Of a stretch of 64,000 nucleotides of DNA, positions 21,695-31,661 are shown one piece after another. Within the stretch, counting starts at the first letter, position 1. Each line of letters starts with the position of its first letter. Location of the stretch: NCBI GenBank assembly GCA_039630575.1, contig JBCNUW010000001.1, forward strand, positions 96,659 to 160,658, written 5' to 3'. The stretch comes from Candidatus Hydrothermales bacterium (lineage in GTDB: Bacteria; Hydrothermota; Hydrothermia; Hydrothermales; JAJRUZ01). The notes under the pieces are model-generated. The model saw only the letters and a list, made by a program, of their open reading frames with translations, was not told the origin of the DNA and ran no database searches. Made by a program: the position numbers and the translations under genes.

Positions 21695-21710
21695 AGCAAA
21701 GTTTGTTCCA
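21695..21710 (-). promoter_or_regulatory. sigma54 -24/-12 promoter of pilin
   Basis: Minus strand TGGAACAAACTTTGCT versus consensus TGGCACGN4TTGCW, with exact GG-N10-GC spacing. Confidence 0.75.
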
Positions 21711-21786
21711 CAATCTTGATAATTGATTTTTAAGGAATTTTAGCTTTTCCATTTTGAAATTTGCAAATTTTATTTGCATTTTGCAA

Positions 21787-22608
21787 TTATTTTTTAGGTA
21801 TTAAGGATGCTATGCTATCTCCCTTTATAAAGTAAATCCCACCAAAGGGATGGTGAGGTATACTGTTTAAATATCCTTTTTCTAAAAGTTCTTTTAAATT
21901 CTTTGGTTTATAATTTTCTCTTTTAATAAACTCTTTGAGAATTTTTGTCAAATCTCTCATATGTATTTTCATTATTGTTCTTTTAATATAGTCCTCAGCG
22001 ATTCTTTTTTCAACATCACTTTTAGCTTTTTCGTACATATAAATCCAAAGTTTTAAAGCTGTTTCAAGATCTTTTAATTTTTTATAATAAGTAAAGGCGT
22101 AGAATCTAAAACATATATCAGGTGGATTATCCTTTAAGGTAGAAATTCTAAAAAAGGTAGCTGCTTTTTTGTAATCTTTGAAAAAAACATAATTTAAAAA
22201 ACCCATCCAAAAAGGGTATTCCCATCTCTCAGGATTCTTATACATTGCTTTCATTAGGAGAGCTTCTGATTTTTCTCTATCACCTACATCACTTGCAAGA
22301 TTTACAGACCCAAATGTGTAGGCATGTAAAAATTTTTCATCAAGATCAGTAATTATATCAACAATTGAAAACATATAAGGAAATTTTCTATCAGTTTGGA
22401 GATGATGTCCATAATACTGAATAAACTGTAACCAGTAGAAATCAGAAAGGGTGTTTCTATGATCTAAGGCAAGATATTTCAAAATTTCTCCTTTTGGAAG
22501 ATACAATATCTCTTTTGCCTTTTCTTTTATTTCTCTCAACTCTTCAATTCTATAAGATAAATTTATGATCAAAAGGATTAAAAGAAAGGTATAGGTAAAT
22601 ATTTTCAT
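21787..22608 (-). CDS. Pilus-associated TPR-like protein (PilG/XapA-like)
   Basis: SDFYWLQFIQYYG, ITDLDEKF..AY.FG, NPERWEYPF; lies between ABC genes and pilin. Confidence 0.6.
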   Translation of the reverse strand: MKIFTYTFLLILLIINLSYRIEELREIKEKAKEILYLPKGEILKYLALDHRNTLSDFYWLQFIQYYGHHLQTDRKFPYMFSIVDIITDLDEKFLHAYTFGSVNLASDVGDREKSEALLMKAMYKNPERWEYPFWMGFLNYVFFKDYKKAATFFRISTLKDNPPDICFRFYAFTYYKKLKDLETALKLWIYMYEKAKSDVEKRIAEDYIKRTIMKIHMRDLTKILKEFIKRENYKPKNLKELLEKGYLNSIPHHPFGGIYFIKGDSIASLIPKK

Positions 22609-23372
22609 TTAAATTCTTTTCTTTCAAAAATTATTGTTGAAAGGTAAATTAGGAAAATTATGTAAACTAAACCATAAAAACTTGAGAAAATAAAATATTC
22701 CTTTCCTGGAATTCCCTCATAAACTATCTTGTTTTTAATATTGAAATGTTCAAAATTTGGCAAGATATAATAAAAGGTATAACTTAAAAACTTTAAAAGA
22801 GGGTACTTTGTAATTTCTGCAAAAAGTTTTAACGATTCAATTAGGTGCCCAATGATATAAAATAAAAAGCCAATAAATGCTGAAAAAAGAACACCTGTAA
22901 AAGTTGAAAAGAAAATTAAAAGACTAATGATAACAGAAATCTCATAAATAAATGGATAAAGTGCCACAAACATATTAAAATCGAAACGTTTATCGTTTAG
23001 CAATATAAGAAGTTGATGAAAAAATTCCATAAAAAATACATTAACTAAAACAACAGATAAAAGACCAAAGAATTTTCCTATAATTATTTCCCTTCTTCTA
23101 ACAGGTGTTGTTATGACAAGATAGATTGTTCTTTTATCCATCTCTTTATGGAGTAGAGTAGAGCCAGTTATTATTACAAGAAGAATATTAAAGAAAGTTA
23201 TAGCAGAAAGACCAAAATCCCTTAATATTTTTGACTGTTCTCCAACTGAAAGAGGATAAAGGAAAAAGGTTACAAATAACATTGTAAATCCAAAAAAAAC
23301 TATTATAAAAAATATTTTTTGTCTTGTTAATTCTTTAAAAGTGTTTTTTGATATTACAAAAATACCCTTCAT
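22605..23372 (-). CDS. ABC-2 permease (PilI/XapB-like)
   Basis: NTFKE..R, KEMDKRTIY..ITTPVRR.E.IIGKFFG, ILPNF, IFERKEF. Confidence 0.8.
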   Translation of the reverse strand: MKGIFVISKNTFKELTRQKIFFIIVFFGFTMLFVTFFLYPLSVGEQSKILRDFGLSAITFFNILLVIITGSTLLHKEMDKRTIYLVITTPVRRREIIIGKFFGLLSVVLVNVFFMEFFHQLLILLNDKRFDFNMFVALYPFIYEISVIISLLIFFSTFTGVLFSAFIGFLFYIIGHLIESLKLFAEITKYPLLKFLSYTFYYILPNFEHFNIKNKIVYEGIPGKEYFIFSSFYGLVYIIFLIYLSTIIFERKEFK

Positions 23373-24277
23373 TTTTTCTTTAAAGTTTCAACAAACCATT
23401 CCTCAAGAGTATAAACTAAAGGGTTTATCCTTATTATTTTAACCTTTTTACCACTATGAAAAATCTTCTTTAAAATATCCTCAATTTCACTTTCATTAAC
23501 TTTTAAGATATATTCATCGCCTCTTTTTTCTAAATTAAAATCTCCATAATTTTCATCAGTAAAATTTTTCAACACTATCTCATAACTTTTAATCCTTTCT
23601 CTTAATATCTCTTCAAGAGTTCCTTCCTTTACTATAGTGCCGTTAAAAATTAGAAAGACCCTATCACAAATTTCCTCAGCATCAGAGAGAATGTGGGAAG
23701 AAAAAAATACAGTTCTTCCAAAAAGTTTTTGCTCATAAATTAAATTTTTTATCTCTCTCCTACCAATAGGATCAAGACCAGTTAAAGGCTCATCTAAAAT
23801 TAAAAGCTCTGGATCCCTTATTAAAACATTAGCTATACCAATCCTCTGAAGCATTCCCCTTGAATAAGTTCTTATACTTTTCTTTCCATGATCCTTTAAC
23901 CCGACCTTTTCAAGTAGCTTTTCAATATTGCTTTTCAATTTTTTTTTCTCTATTCCGTAAAGTTCCCCTGTAAATTCGAGAAATTCATAACCAGAAAGAT
24001 GATCATAAAAATAGGGCTGTTCAGGCAAAAAACCCATCCTTCTACGAACTTCCTCTTTGTCTGGAGTTAATCCAAAAATTTTTACAATTCCCTCATCAAA
24101 GTTTAAAAGGTTAGTTAAAATTTTAATAGTTGTAGTTTTACCAGCACCGTTTGGACCTAAAAAACCTACTATTTCACCTTTTTTAACATTAAAGGAAAGT
24201 GAATTTAAAATTTTTCTTCTTTTAAAACCTGATGAAAAGTATTTTGACAAGTTTTCAACATATATAACATTTCCCAT
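23369..24277 (-). CDS. ABC transporter ATPase (PilH/XapD-like)
   Basis: GPNGAGKTT, YSRGMLQR, LDEP..GLDPIGR, SSHIL. Start moved to ATG 24277. Confidence 0.88.
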   Translation of the reverse strand: MGNVIYVENLSKYFSSGFKRRKILNSLSFNVKKGEIVGFLGPNGAGKTTTIKILTNLLNFDEGIVKIFGLTPDKEEVRRRMGFLPEQPYFYDHLSGYEFLEFTGELYGIEKKKLKSNIEKLLEKVGLKDHGKKSIRTYSRGMLQRIGIANVLIRDPELLILDEPLTGLDPIGRREIKNLIYEQKLFGRTVFFSSHILSDAEEICDRVFLIFNGTIVKEGTLEEILRERIKSYEIVLKNFTDENYGDFNLEKRGDEYILKVNESEIEDILKKIFHSGKKVKIIRINPLVYTLEEWFVETLKKK

Positions 24278-24279
24278 TT

Positions 24280-24798
24280 TTAGGGTAAAATTAGATCTAA
24301 AGGTTTTTTGGCTCCAAAAGCACAAATAGTATACCGTACAGCAACTTCACCCTCTGATGTGGTTGATCCGTCATCTTTGTAACCTGTATAGTAAATACAC
24401 CCACTTGGAGGAATAGCTGGAGGCCCTACAGGCAAATTGTCAATTGCTTTCACATCAGGTTTAAAAGGATTCCTAAAACTTAAATGGGGCAAAAGTAGAG
24501 CCTTTTCAGAGAATGGCGGAATTCTTCTTCCATCTGCAATTGACTTTTCACCTTCCGGATCATCTGATAACTCAGGATTCACGTCTTTTACTTTTGTATC
24601 AATACCACCTGGATAGTGGCCTTTGGTAATTGTAGCGTAGATCTCAACTACAGTATGAAGTGTATGCATGTTTAATTTTAATGATGCCTCCTTAGCATTA
24701 TTAACTACTCTAATATAATTAACAACTCCTATGGCTGAAAGTATACCGATTAGAGTAACAACAATTAAAAGCTCAATCAATGTAAAGGCAAATTTCAT
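24280..24798 (-). CDS. Second type IV pilin-like protein, paralog of 21049-21627
   Basis: MKFA|FTLIELL; shares AK.AS...NM.T, G.YP, LLP..F.NP and Y.I..FG.K blocks with the other pilin. Confidence 0.85.
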   Translation of the reverse strand: MKFAFTLIELLIVVTLIGILSAIGVVNYIRVVNNAKEASLKLNMHTLHTVVEIYATITKGHYPGGIDTKVKDVNPELSDDPEGEKSIADGRRIPPFSEKALLLPHLSFRNPFKPDVKAIDNLPVGPPAIPPSGCIYYTGYKDDGSTTSEGEVAVRYTICAFGAKKPLDLILP

Positions 24799-24829
24799 AA
24801 ATTAATTTTATGAATTAGAAAATGTAAAT

Positions 24830-26128
24830 TCAATCATAAATATTTGTAGAAACCATAACAGAATAAAAGGGAACGGGATCATAGTTTTCAAAATAAAAGA
24901 AGTTCCCCTTTAACGGATTACTATAAGAAAAAGAAATTAAAAAAGAGGAGTAAAATTTACCCTCCAAGATAATTTTTAAAAGGTAGTTTCTATCAAAAGA
25001 GTCAAAGCTTTTAATCAAATACAAAAAATAATTTTTCTCTTTGTTTTTAAAAATAAAAAATTTTAAGGAAATCGAGTAAATTTCTTTGTAAAAATCTCTA
25101 TTCCTTAACATTTTAAATTTTATAAAAAATCTCAAAAAATCAAAAAAATATAATGTATCACAGGTAAAAATTGAGAAAAAGTTTCCTGAGAGTAATTTAG
25201 GCATCTTAAATGGGTAACTTAGATAAAGATGATTTTCAGAATTAAAATATTCAAAAAGTAATAGAAAGCTACTTTTTTTATATTTAAAACTTAGATCAAA
25301 CTTTAAACCATTTCTTTTCATATTTTTTTTATCATCAAAATAATCTGTTAAAGAATCAAAACAAAAAGGAAATAAAGGCTTTTCAATAAAGTAAGAAAAT
25401 TTAAAGTGTTTAAATTTTAAACCACTTTCAAAAGTAAATCTTTTATTTTTTGATTCACTACCTATCTCAATATCAGTGAAATTGAAAAAAAGAGAGGTTT
25501 CAATCTTTAAATTATTAAAGTTTTTTTTATCCTTTGTTAGAAGAAATTTATAATTTGAAAAAGTTATTGAATAGAAAAAATGATTTAAGTTGTTACGGAA
25601 ATTTATTCCATATTTTAATTTTCTTCTCTTCGAATTTTCCTGGGAGTAAAAAATAGAAAAAGAGAGGGGGTTAAAAGTAAATTCAAATTTTTCTAACTTT
25701 TGAAAATTGTTAAAGGGATTAGCATCAAAAATTGAATATTCAAAATTTAAAGGAAAAGGGGTTAATCTAAAAAAGAAGTAATAATTATGTTTTGCAAAGT
25801 TATAATACAATTTATTTTTATGGATAGAAATAAAAATAAGGGATTTTAATTTATTTTCAAAAAGTGGAAAAAAGGAAGATACATTATTTTGTTCGGTATT
25901 AAAAGCACTTCTAAAAAGTAAAAATCTAGTAATGACACTTTGAGAATCAATTTCAACAAATTTTTGATGAAGATTTTTGTAATAGTAATTAGGTGAAAAA
26001 TCATTAATTGAATCGGTATAAAAAAAGGGAACAAAAAGGGGATTTAAAATAAAAAGAGGATTACCAGAAAAGAAGTCAGGTTCTTTAAATTCGAGAAAAT
26101 ACAAAAATATTAAAACATGAATACCCAT
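24830..26128 (-). CDS. Hypothetical Phe-rich protein, probable outer-membrane beta-barrel
   Basis: 432 aa ORF with alternating aromatic/polar strands and a short N-terminal hydrophobic stretch. Confidence 0.5.
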   Translation of the reverse strand: MGIHVLIFLYFLEFKEPDFFSGNPLFILNPLFVPFFYTDSINDFSPNYYYKNLHQKFVEIDSQSVITRFLLFRSAFNTEQNNVSSFFPLFENKLKSLIFISIHKNKLYYNFAKHNYYFFFRLTPFPLNFEYSIFDANPFNNFQKLEKFEFTFNPLSFSIFYSQENSKRRKLKYGINFRNNLNHFFYSITFSNYKFLLTKDKKNFNNLKIETSLFFNFTDIEIGSESKNKRFTFESGLKFKHFKFSYFIEKPLFPFCFDSLTDYFDDKKNMKRNGLKFDLSFKYKKSSFLLLFEYFNSENHLYLSYPFKMPKLLSGNFFSIFTCDTLYFFDFLRFFIKFKMLRNRDFYKEIYSISLKFFIFKNKEKNYFLYLIKSFDSFDRNYLLKIILEGKFYSSFLISFSYSNPLKGNFFYFENYDPVPFYSVMVSTNIYD

Positions 26129-26185
26129 CTTTTTATTCCATAAAATTTATTTCAAGTTAACATAAGATATCTTATCTTGACTAAA

Positions 26186-26719
26186 TCAGAAGCCCTTTAC
26201 CAAAACAACAGCATCCTCTCCGTCAATCTCCTTCAACCTTACATCTATTATCTCGTCCCTCGATGTCGGTATCCTCCTACCAACATAATCAGGATGAATT
26301 GGCAACTCCCTATGACCCCTGTCTACCATCACCAATAACTCAACTTTCTTCGGCCTACCATAATCCAACAAAACATCTATCGCACACCTTATCGTCCTAC
26401 CTGTATATATCACATCATCCACTAATATTATCTTTTCATCATCAACTGAAAAAGGTATATTTGTCTCCTTAACCTCTGGCTGCTCATATAACTTCATTAA
26501 ATCATCCCTATAAAAAGTTATATCAACAGTTCCCATCTCAATAACTTTCTTTGTCCTTAACTCAAGATTCTCCTTTAATCGACCAGCAAGATAAACACCC
26601 CTTGTATGAATCCCTATTAACTTAACATCACCCTCTGGATGCCTCTCAAGAATTTCTGAACAAAGCCTCTCTATTATCATTAAAAATTTTTTAGAATCAA
26701 TCAACTTTTTTTGAATCAT
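26186..26719 (-). CDS. pyrR: PyrR attenuator / uracil PRTase
   Basis: GIHTRG, DITFYRDD, LVDDVIYTGRT, DRGHRELPI. Confidence 0.95.
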   Translation of the reverse strand: MIQKKLIDSKKFLMIIERLCSEILERHPEGDVKLIGIHTRGVYLAGRLKENLELRTKKVIEMGTVDITFYRDDLMKLYEQPEVKETNIPFSVDDEKIILVDDVIYTGRTIRCAIDVLLDYGRPKKVELLVMVDRGHRELPIHPDYVGRRIPTSRDEIIDVRLKEIDGEDAVVLVKGF

Positions 26720-28427
26720 CCAAAATCCCCTCCTTTAATTCAATACCCAACTCCTCAAGTTGCTCCCGATAAACTCGAGAAGGACAATTCTCAAGAAGCC
26801 CAACCCCTTGCGCTGTCTTTGGAAAAGCTATTACATCCCTTATACTTTTTTCAAATGACAAAATCATTATTATTCTGTCAAAACCAAGAGCTATACCTCC
26901 ATGAGGAGGCGCACCATAAGAAAGAGACCTCAATAAAAAACCAAACCTATCCTCTACTTCCTCCTCAGTATACCCAAGAAACCTAAAAATTTCCCTCTGC
27001 AACTCAGGATCACTTATTCTTATACTACCTGAACCAATCTCAAAACCATTTAAAACAAGATCATACGACCTTGCTCTTGCCTTCATTGGCTCCATATACC
27101 AGAAATCATCCTTTGGCATTGTAAATGGATGATGTGCCGATACAAAACATCCGTGCTCGTCCTTCTCAAATAGAGGAAAATCAGTAATCCATAAAAACTT
27201 AAATTCTTTTTTTTCATCCTCATTCTTTTTTATCTCTTCTATAACCTTTTCTCTTAACTTTTCACATAAACTTTTTATAATTTCATCCTCTCCACCAATT
27301 ACAAACCTTGTTCCCTCTCTCTTAAAACTTTCTATACTCAAAAGCTTCTTTAAAGTTCCTCTTATTTCACTTCCCTCTAAAATACCCCACATAAAAACCG
27401 ATTGTCCCTCTCTTTTAATCTCTTGAGCTAAATTATCTATAAACTTTCTTGAAAATTTAAATGGAAAAAAGATACTTTTAATATTTTTATAATTTTTAAA
27501 AACTTCTACCTGTCCAAGAATATCTTTATAATCTTCAAATTTATAATCAAACCTTAAATCAGGTTTATCCGTACCGTATAAATTTAAAACATTTTCATAA
27601 GTCATTCTATCAAAGGGTATTTTTAATTCAATTTTAAAAATTTCTTTAAATACTTGATAAAAAATTCTTTCTACACAATTAAATATATCTTCTTCAGTAA
27701 CAAAAGCCATTTCAATATCGAGTTGAGTAAACTCTGGTTGTCTGTCCTTTCTAAAATCTTCGTCTCTAAAGCATCTTGCAAATTGAAAATATCTATCAAA
27801 TTGAGAGACCATTAGAATTTGTTTATACATTTGAGGTGATTGAGTCAGTGCATAGAATTTACCTTTATGAATTCTTGAAGGAACAAGAAAATCCCTTGCA
27901 CCTTCTGGTGTACTCTTGGAAAGATAAGGAGTTTCAACCTCAATAAAACCCATTTCAATTAATGTTTTTGTAATTATGTATTTAACATTACTCCTTAATT
28001 TAAAAACTTCTTTCTTTTTTTCACTCCTTAAATCTAAAAACCTATAGAAAAGTTTTGTTTCTTCAAAAACTTCTTTTTCCTCATCTGGTAAAAAGGGGAG
28101 TGTTTTGGACTTTGAAAAAACCTCGATCTCCTTTGCTAAAACCTCAATCTCTCCTGTTTTCATTTCTGGATTTTTATCTTTCTCTGGTCTTTCTCTTACC
28201 AACCCATTGACTTTTAAAGTTGAATAAAGAGATAAACTTTTTACCTTATTTTTCAGTTCCTCGTTTTCTATCACAACCTGAACTTCCCCCTCCCTATCCT
28301 CAAGGACAAAAAATAGAATTTTTCCAATATCTCTCTTTCTTTTAAGCCACCCACAAAGGTTAACCTCTTTGCCTAAATAACCAATATTTAAATCACCACA
28401 AAAACAACTTCTCAATTCAGTTCTCAT
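26697..28427 (-). CDS. aspS: Aspartyl-tRNA synthetase (probably discriminating type)
   Basis: STPEGARDFLVPSR, QSPQ, RCFRDED.R.DRQPEFTQLD, APPHGG. RDIG and PEK are seen instead of the RDHG/PEG of non-discriminating enzymes. Confidence 0.95.
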   Translation of the reverse strand: MRTELRSCFCGDLNIGYLGKEVNLCGWLKRKRDIGKILFFVLEDREGEVQVVIENEELKNKVKSLSLYSTLKVNGLVRERPEKDKNPEMKTGEIEVLAKEIEVFSKSKTLPFLPDEEKEVFEETKLFYRFLDLRSEKKKEVFKLRSNVKYIITKTLIEMGFIEVETPYLSKSTPEGARDFLVPSRIHKGKFYALTQSPQMYKQILMVSQFDRYFQFARCFRDEDFRKDRQPEFTQLDIEMAFVTEEDIFNCVERIFYQVFKEIFKIELKIPFDRMTYENVLNLYGTDKPDLRFDYKFEDYKDILGQVEVFKNYKNIKSIFFPFKFSRKFIDNLAQEIKREGQSVFMWGILEGSEIRGTLKKLLSIESFKREGTRFVIGGEDEIIKSLCEKLREKVIEEIKKNEDEKKEFKFLWITDFPLFEKDEHGCFVSAHHPFTMPKDDFWYMEPMKARARSYDLVLNGFEIGSGSIRISDPELQREIFRFLGYTEEEVEDRFGFLLRSLSYGAPPHGGIALGFDRIIMILSFEKSIRDVIAFPKTAQGVGLLENCPSRVYREQLEELGIELKEGILDDSKKVD

Positions 28428-29514
28428 TTCTTCTCCATATCAGGTAAATATCTGATTTAAAAACCTTATAATATTTAAGCTTAAAACCTTCTAAAAAATT
28501 ATCTAATTTTAAATCCTTAAGTGGTGAAATCCCGTCTCCAGCAATTTTACCAGAGCACGAAATATGTATTTCATCGAAAAGTTTCTCCTTTAAAAAAGAG
28601 GATAAGACAGTGCTTCCACCTTCAACTAAAAGAGAAACTACATTCATTTCGTAAAGTTTCTTAACAAAATTACTTAAATTTACTCTATTTTTACCCTTTA
28701 TTTTAAGAATAAAATCTGAGTAATTACCTTCATAATCTTCTGAGACAACTAAAATACCTTTTTCCTCTTTAAAGAATTCGCTTTCAAAATGTTCAAATTT
28801 ATCCTTACCCCATATTATAAATCTAAAGGGCTTTCTAAATGAAAATACGTTTCTTGGTGTTAATTTTGGGTTATCCTTTAAGAAAGTTCCTTTTCCTACA
28901 AGAATTGCATCGTAATTTCCCCTCAGATAGTGAACAAATTCTCTTTCCTCTTCACTTGATATCCATTTTGAAGTCCCATCCTTTAGGGCAATTTTCCCAT
29001 CGATTGTCATGGCAAACTTTAGTGTTATATAGGGTCTTTTTTTTATCTTATATGTAAGATAGAACCTATTTATTTCCTCACACTCTTCTTTAAGCACTCC
29101 TAATCTAATTTTTATATTATTTTTTTTTAGATATTCAATCCCTTTTCCATTCACTCTCTCATCTGGATCGATACACCCTATAATAACTTCTTTAATTTTT
29201 TTTTCAACAATATATGTAGCACAAGGTGGTGTTCTTCCGTAGTGAATACAGGGTTCAAGATTTATATACAAAGTGGCACCGTCAATTTCTGGAGGCATAT
29301 AATCAAGAGCCATCCTTTCAGCATGTTTAGTTCCAGGACCCATATGGTAACCAATAGATAAAATCCTTTTGTCTTTAACAACAAGAGCCCCCACCATTGG
29401 ATTAGGTGATACTCTTCCCTCTCCCAACTTAGCCAATTCTAAAACTTTGCTCATATAATATTCATCTTCGTTTAAAAGAAACTTTTCTTGGTTTTTAAAA
29501 TCAAAAATATTCAC
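28417..29514 (-). CDS. ribD: Riboflavin biosynthesis deaminase/reductase RibD
   Basis: SPNPMVG, HAE, LEPC.HYGRTPPC, DGKIA, SKWIS, VEGG. Confidence 0.95.
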   Translation of the reverse strand: MNIFDFKNQEKFLLNEDEYYMSKVLELAKLGEGRVSPNPMVGALVVKDKRILSIGYHMGPGTKHAERMALDYMPPEIDGATLYINLEPCIHYGRTPPCATYIVEKKIKEVIIGCIDPDERVNGKGIEYLKKNNIKIRLGVLKEECEEINRFYLTYKIKKRPYITLKFAMTIDGKIALKDGTSKWISSEEEREFVHYLRGNYDAILVGKGTFLKDNPKLTPRNVFSFRKPFRFIIWGKDKFEHFESEFFKEEKGILVVSEDYEGNYSDFILKIKGKNRVNLSNFVKKLYEMNVVSLLVEGGSTVLSSFLKEKLFDEIHISCSGKIAGDGISPLKDLKLDNFLEGFKLKYYKVFKSDIYLIWRRNEN

Positions 29515-29526
29515 ATTTTATAAAGC

Positions 29527-31644
29527 TTAAAACCTAATTGTAAGAGGAACCCAAACAGCCATAGGATTTCCAAACTGGTCTTTAGCAGGTTCAAAAATAT
29601 AGCCCTTTGCCGCCTCTACTGCTGAGTTATCAAGAAAATCATATCCGCTACTTTTTAAAATCTTAACATCTTTTACCTTGCCATTCTCATCTACCAAAAC
29701 TCTCAAAAGAACACTGCCTCTTGCTCCTAACTTCCTCGCTATATCTGGATATGTTGGTTTAACCTCCTGCTTTACAACAGGTAAAACAGTAGGAATAGCC
29801 TGTTGAGGAGGTGGAGCCTCCTCCGGTTTTTCTTTCTCTTCAATTGGAGCTAAAGGTTCCTCTTCAACTGGTTTTTCAGAAACTGGAGGTTCTTCTTTCT
29901 TTACTGCCTCTTCTGCAATCCTTTTCTGTAAAATTTCTTCAGCTGTTATTTCAGGTTTAGGAACTACTTGAGGTTTTGGTTCCTCAGGTTTAATAGCTAC
30001 TGTCTCAGTTTTTCTTATTTTTTCTTCTTCAAAGGTAATTTCTTCTTTAGTTCCTACTTCCTCTTCTTTTTTAACAATTTCAAAACTTACTCTCTCTACT
30101 CTTTCTTGAGTAGGGATCCAAACTATGTCAAGGTTGGAAACAACCAGTTCAAGTGGGAAATTATCTATGTTTTTAACTCTATTAGAGAAAGCAAAAATCT
30201 CCTGAGGAACTACTAAGGGTGTAACTGGTAAATCCTCTAATAAAATTTTTTGAACAAGTCTTAACATTTTTTTAGCATTTTTTCTATTTAAGGTCATCAT
30301 TGATGAATTTAAAAGAGAATCAACTTTCTTGTTACTGTAACCCATAAAATTAAAGATTCCATCCGTGCTGAAAAGTGGGCTTATATCAGCCTTTTCATTT
30401 AAAGGGTAAGAGAGAATAAAAATATCAAAATCAAAATTAATCAATTTTGATATGAATGAGAAAGGATCAAGTGGCAAAAGATTAACTTTTATAAGTTCTG
30501 TTTTTTCTAGGTCATTTTTTATAATTTCTGTAATTTTTTCATATATTTTTTGAGTATTATCGTAAATCAGATTTATTACAAAAGGTTTTCTTTTTGTGTA
30601 TCCCATCTGATTCAAAATAGAAACTGTTTCATCCAAGTTAGCTCTTTTTAAATCTATTAGGTTGCTATCATAAGCCCAAATTGAAGGTGGAATTATTGAT
30701 TTAGCTTTTAACCCATAACCTTTAAAAACACTTTTTATAATATCATCAACATTTATTAAACCTGAAATTTTAGACCTTAATTCAATATTATCAAAGGGTT
30801 TTCTTTTTGTATTCCATCCAACAAAAATTACTCTATTTGACTCGTAATTTTTAATTTTGCCATTTTTATAATCTCTTAATCCATCCATAATCACTTCTGG
30901 AATAAGTGAAAAACCTACATCCACAATATCCATTTTTAGCGCTTCAGCTACATCAAAAGGTGTGGGATATATTTTAAAAACTATTTTATCTAAGTAGCCT
31001 GTTTTTTCAAAATATTCATCAAACTTTTCAAGAGTGAGAAAATCGCCCCTTTTGTATTCGGTGACTCTGTATGGACCGTTACCAACAGGTTTATAAAAAA
31101 ATTCAGAATTTCTTATATCTTCCACATCCTTAAGTATATGTTCAGGTAAGGGATATATTTCACAGTCAATGAGCTGAGAGGAATATGTATTTGTAAACTC
31201 TATTTTTAAAACATGATCAGACAATTTTTCTATTTTTCTAATAAATTGAAAGTTTGCTCTCAAAAGTGAAGTTGAACCTGGAGAAGTTATGACCTTATAG
31301 GAAAATATAAAATCTGCTGCAGTAACTGGTTTTCCATCATGCCACTTTGCGTCTTTTCTTAAATAAAAGGTTATAGTTTTTAAATCTTCAGAAAATTCCC
31401 ATTCACTTGCAATTCCTGGATAAACCCTGTTTTTTTCAACTCTTATTAGTGGACAAAAGATTAGATCGAATATTGAATTATCCTGTCTTGGTGAAGGGAA
31501 AATGGGTATTAAGGACTCGAAATCCTGCACAATTCCTATTCCCAAAACTCCTCCTTTTTCCGGATTTTTTGGAATTTCCCTTCCTAATCTAACACAGAAG
31601 TTAATATAAAAAATGGTAAAAATTAAAAAAATAAACCTTAACAT
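29527..31644 (-). CDS. Family 5 solute-binding lipoprotein fused to TonB C-terminal domain
   Basis: LRKDAKWHDGKPVTAAD and PVGNGPY (SBP5); Glu/Pro/Lys linker; PTYPDIARKLGARGSV..VDENGKV..SSG...LD.SAVEA...FEPA (TonB_C). Confidence 0.85.
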   Translation of the reverse strand: MLRFIFLIFTIFYINFCVRLGREIPKNPEKGGVLGIGIVQDFESLIPIFPSPRQDNSIFDLIFCPLIRVEKNRVYPGIASEWEFSEDLKTITFYLRKDAKWHDGKPVTAADFIFSYKVITSPGSTSLLRANFQFIRKIEKLSDHVLKIEFTNTYSSQLIDCEIYPLPEHILKDVEDIRNSEFFYKPVGNGPYRVTEYKRGDFLTLEKFDEYFEKTGYLDKIVFKIYPTPFDVAEALKMDIVDVGFSLIPEVIMDGLRDYKNGKIKNYESNRVIFVGWNTKRKPFDNIELRSKISGLINVDDIIKSVFKGYGLKAKSIIPPSIWAYDSNLIDLKRANLDETVSILNQMGYTKRKPFVINLIYDNTQKIYEKITEIIKNDLEKTELIKVNLLPLDPFSFISKLINFDFDIFILSYPLNEKADISPLFSTDGIFNFMGYSNKKVDSLLNSSMMTLNRKNAKKMLRLVQKILLEDLPVTPLVVPQEIFAFSNRVKNIDNFPLELVVSNLDIVWIPTQERVERVSFEIVKKEEEVGTKEEITFEEEKIRKTETVAIKPEEPKPQVVPKPEITAEEILQKRIAEEAVKKEEPPVSEKPVEEEPLAPIEEKEKPEEAPPPQQAIPTVLPVVKQEVKPTYPDIARKLGARGSVLLRVLVDENGKVKDVKILKSSGYDFLDNSAVEAAKGYIFEPAKDQFGNPMAVWVPLTIRF

Positions 31645-31661
31645 AATTAACCTCCTTTTTA

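Noticed and set aside
26162..26175. Perfect palindrome ATAAGATATCTTAT as an operator
   Set aside because: It is a single AT-rich instance with no second copy or regulator seen.
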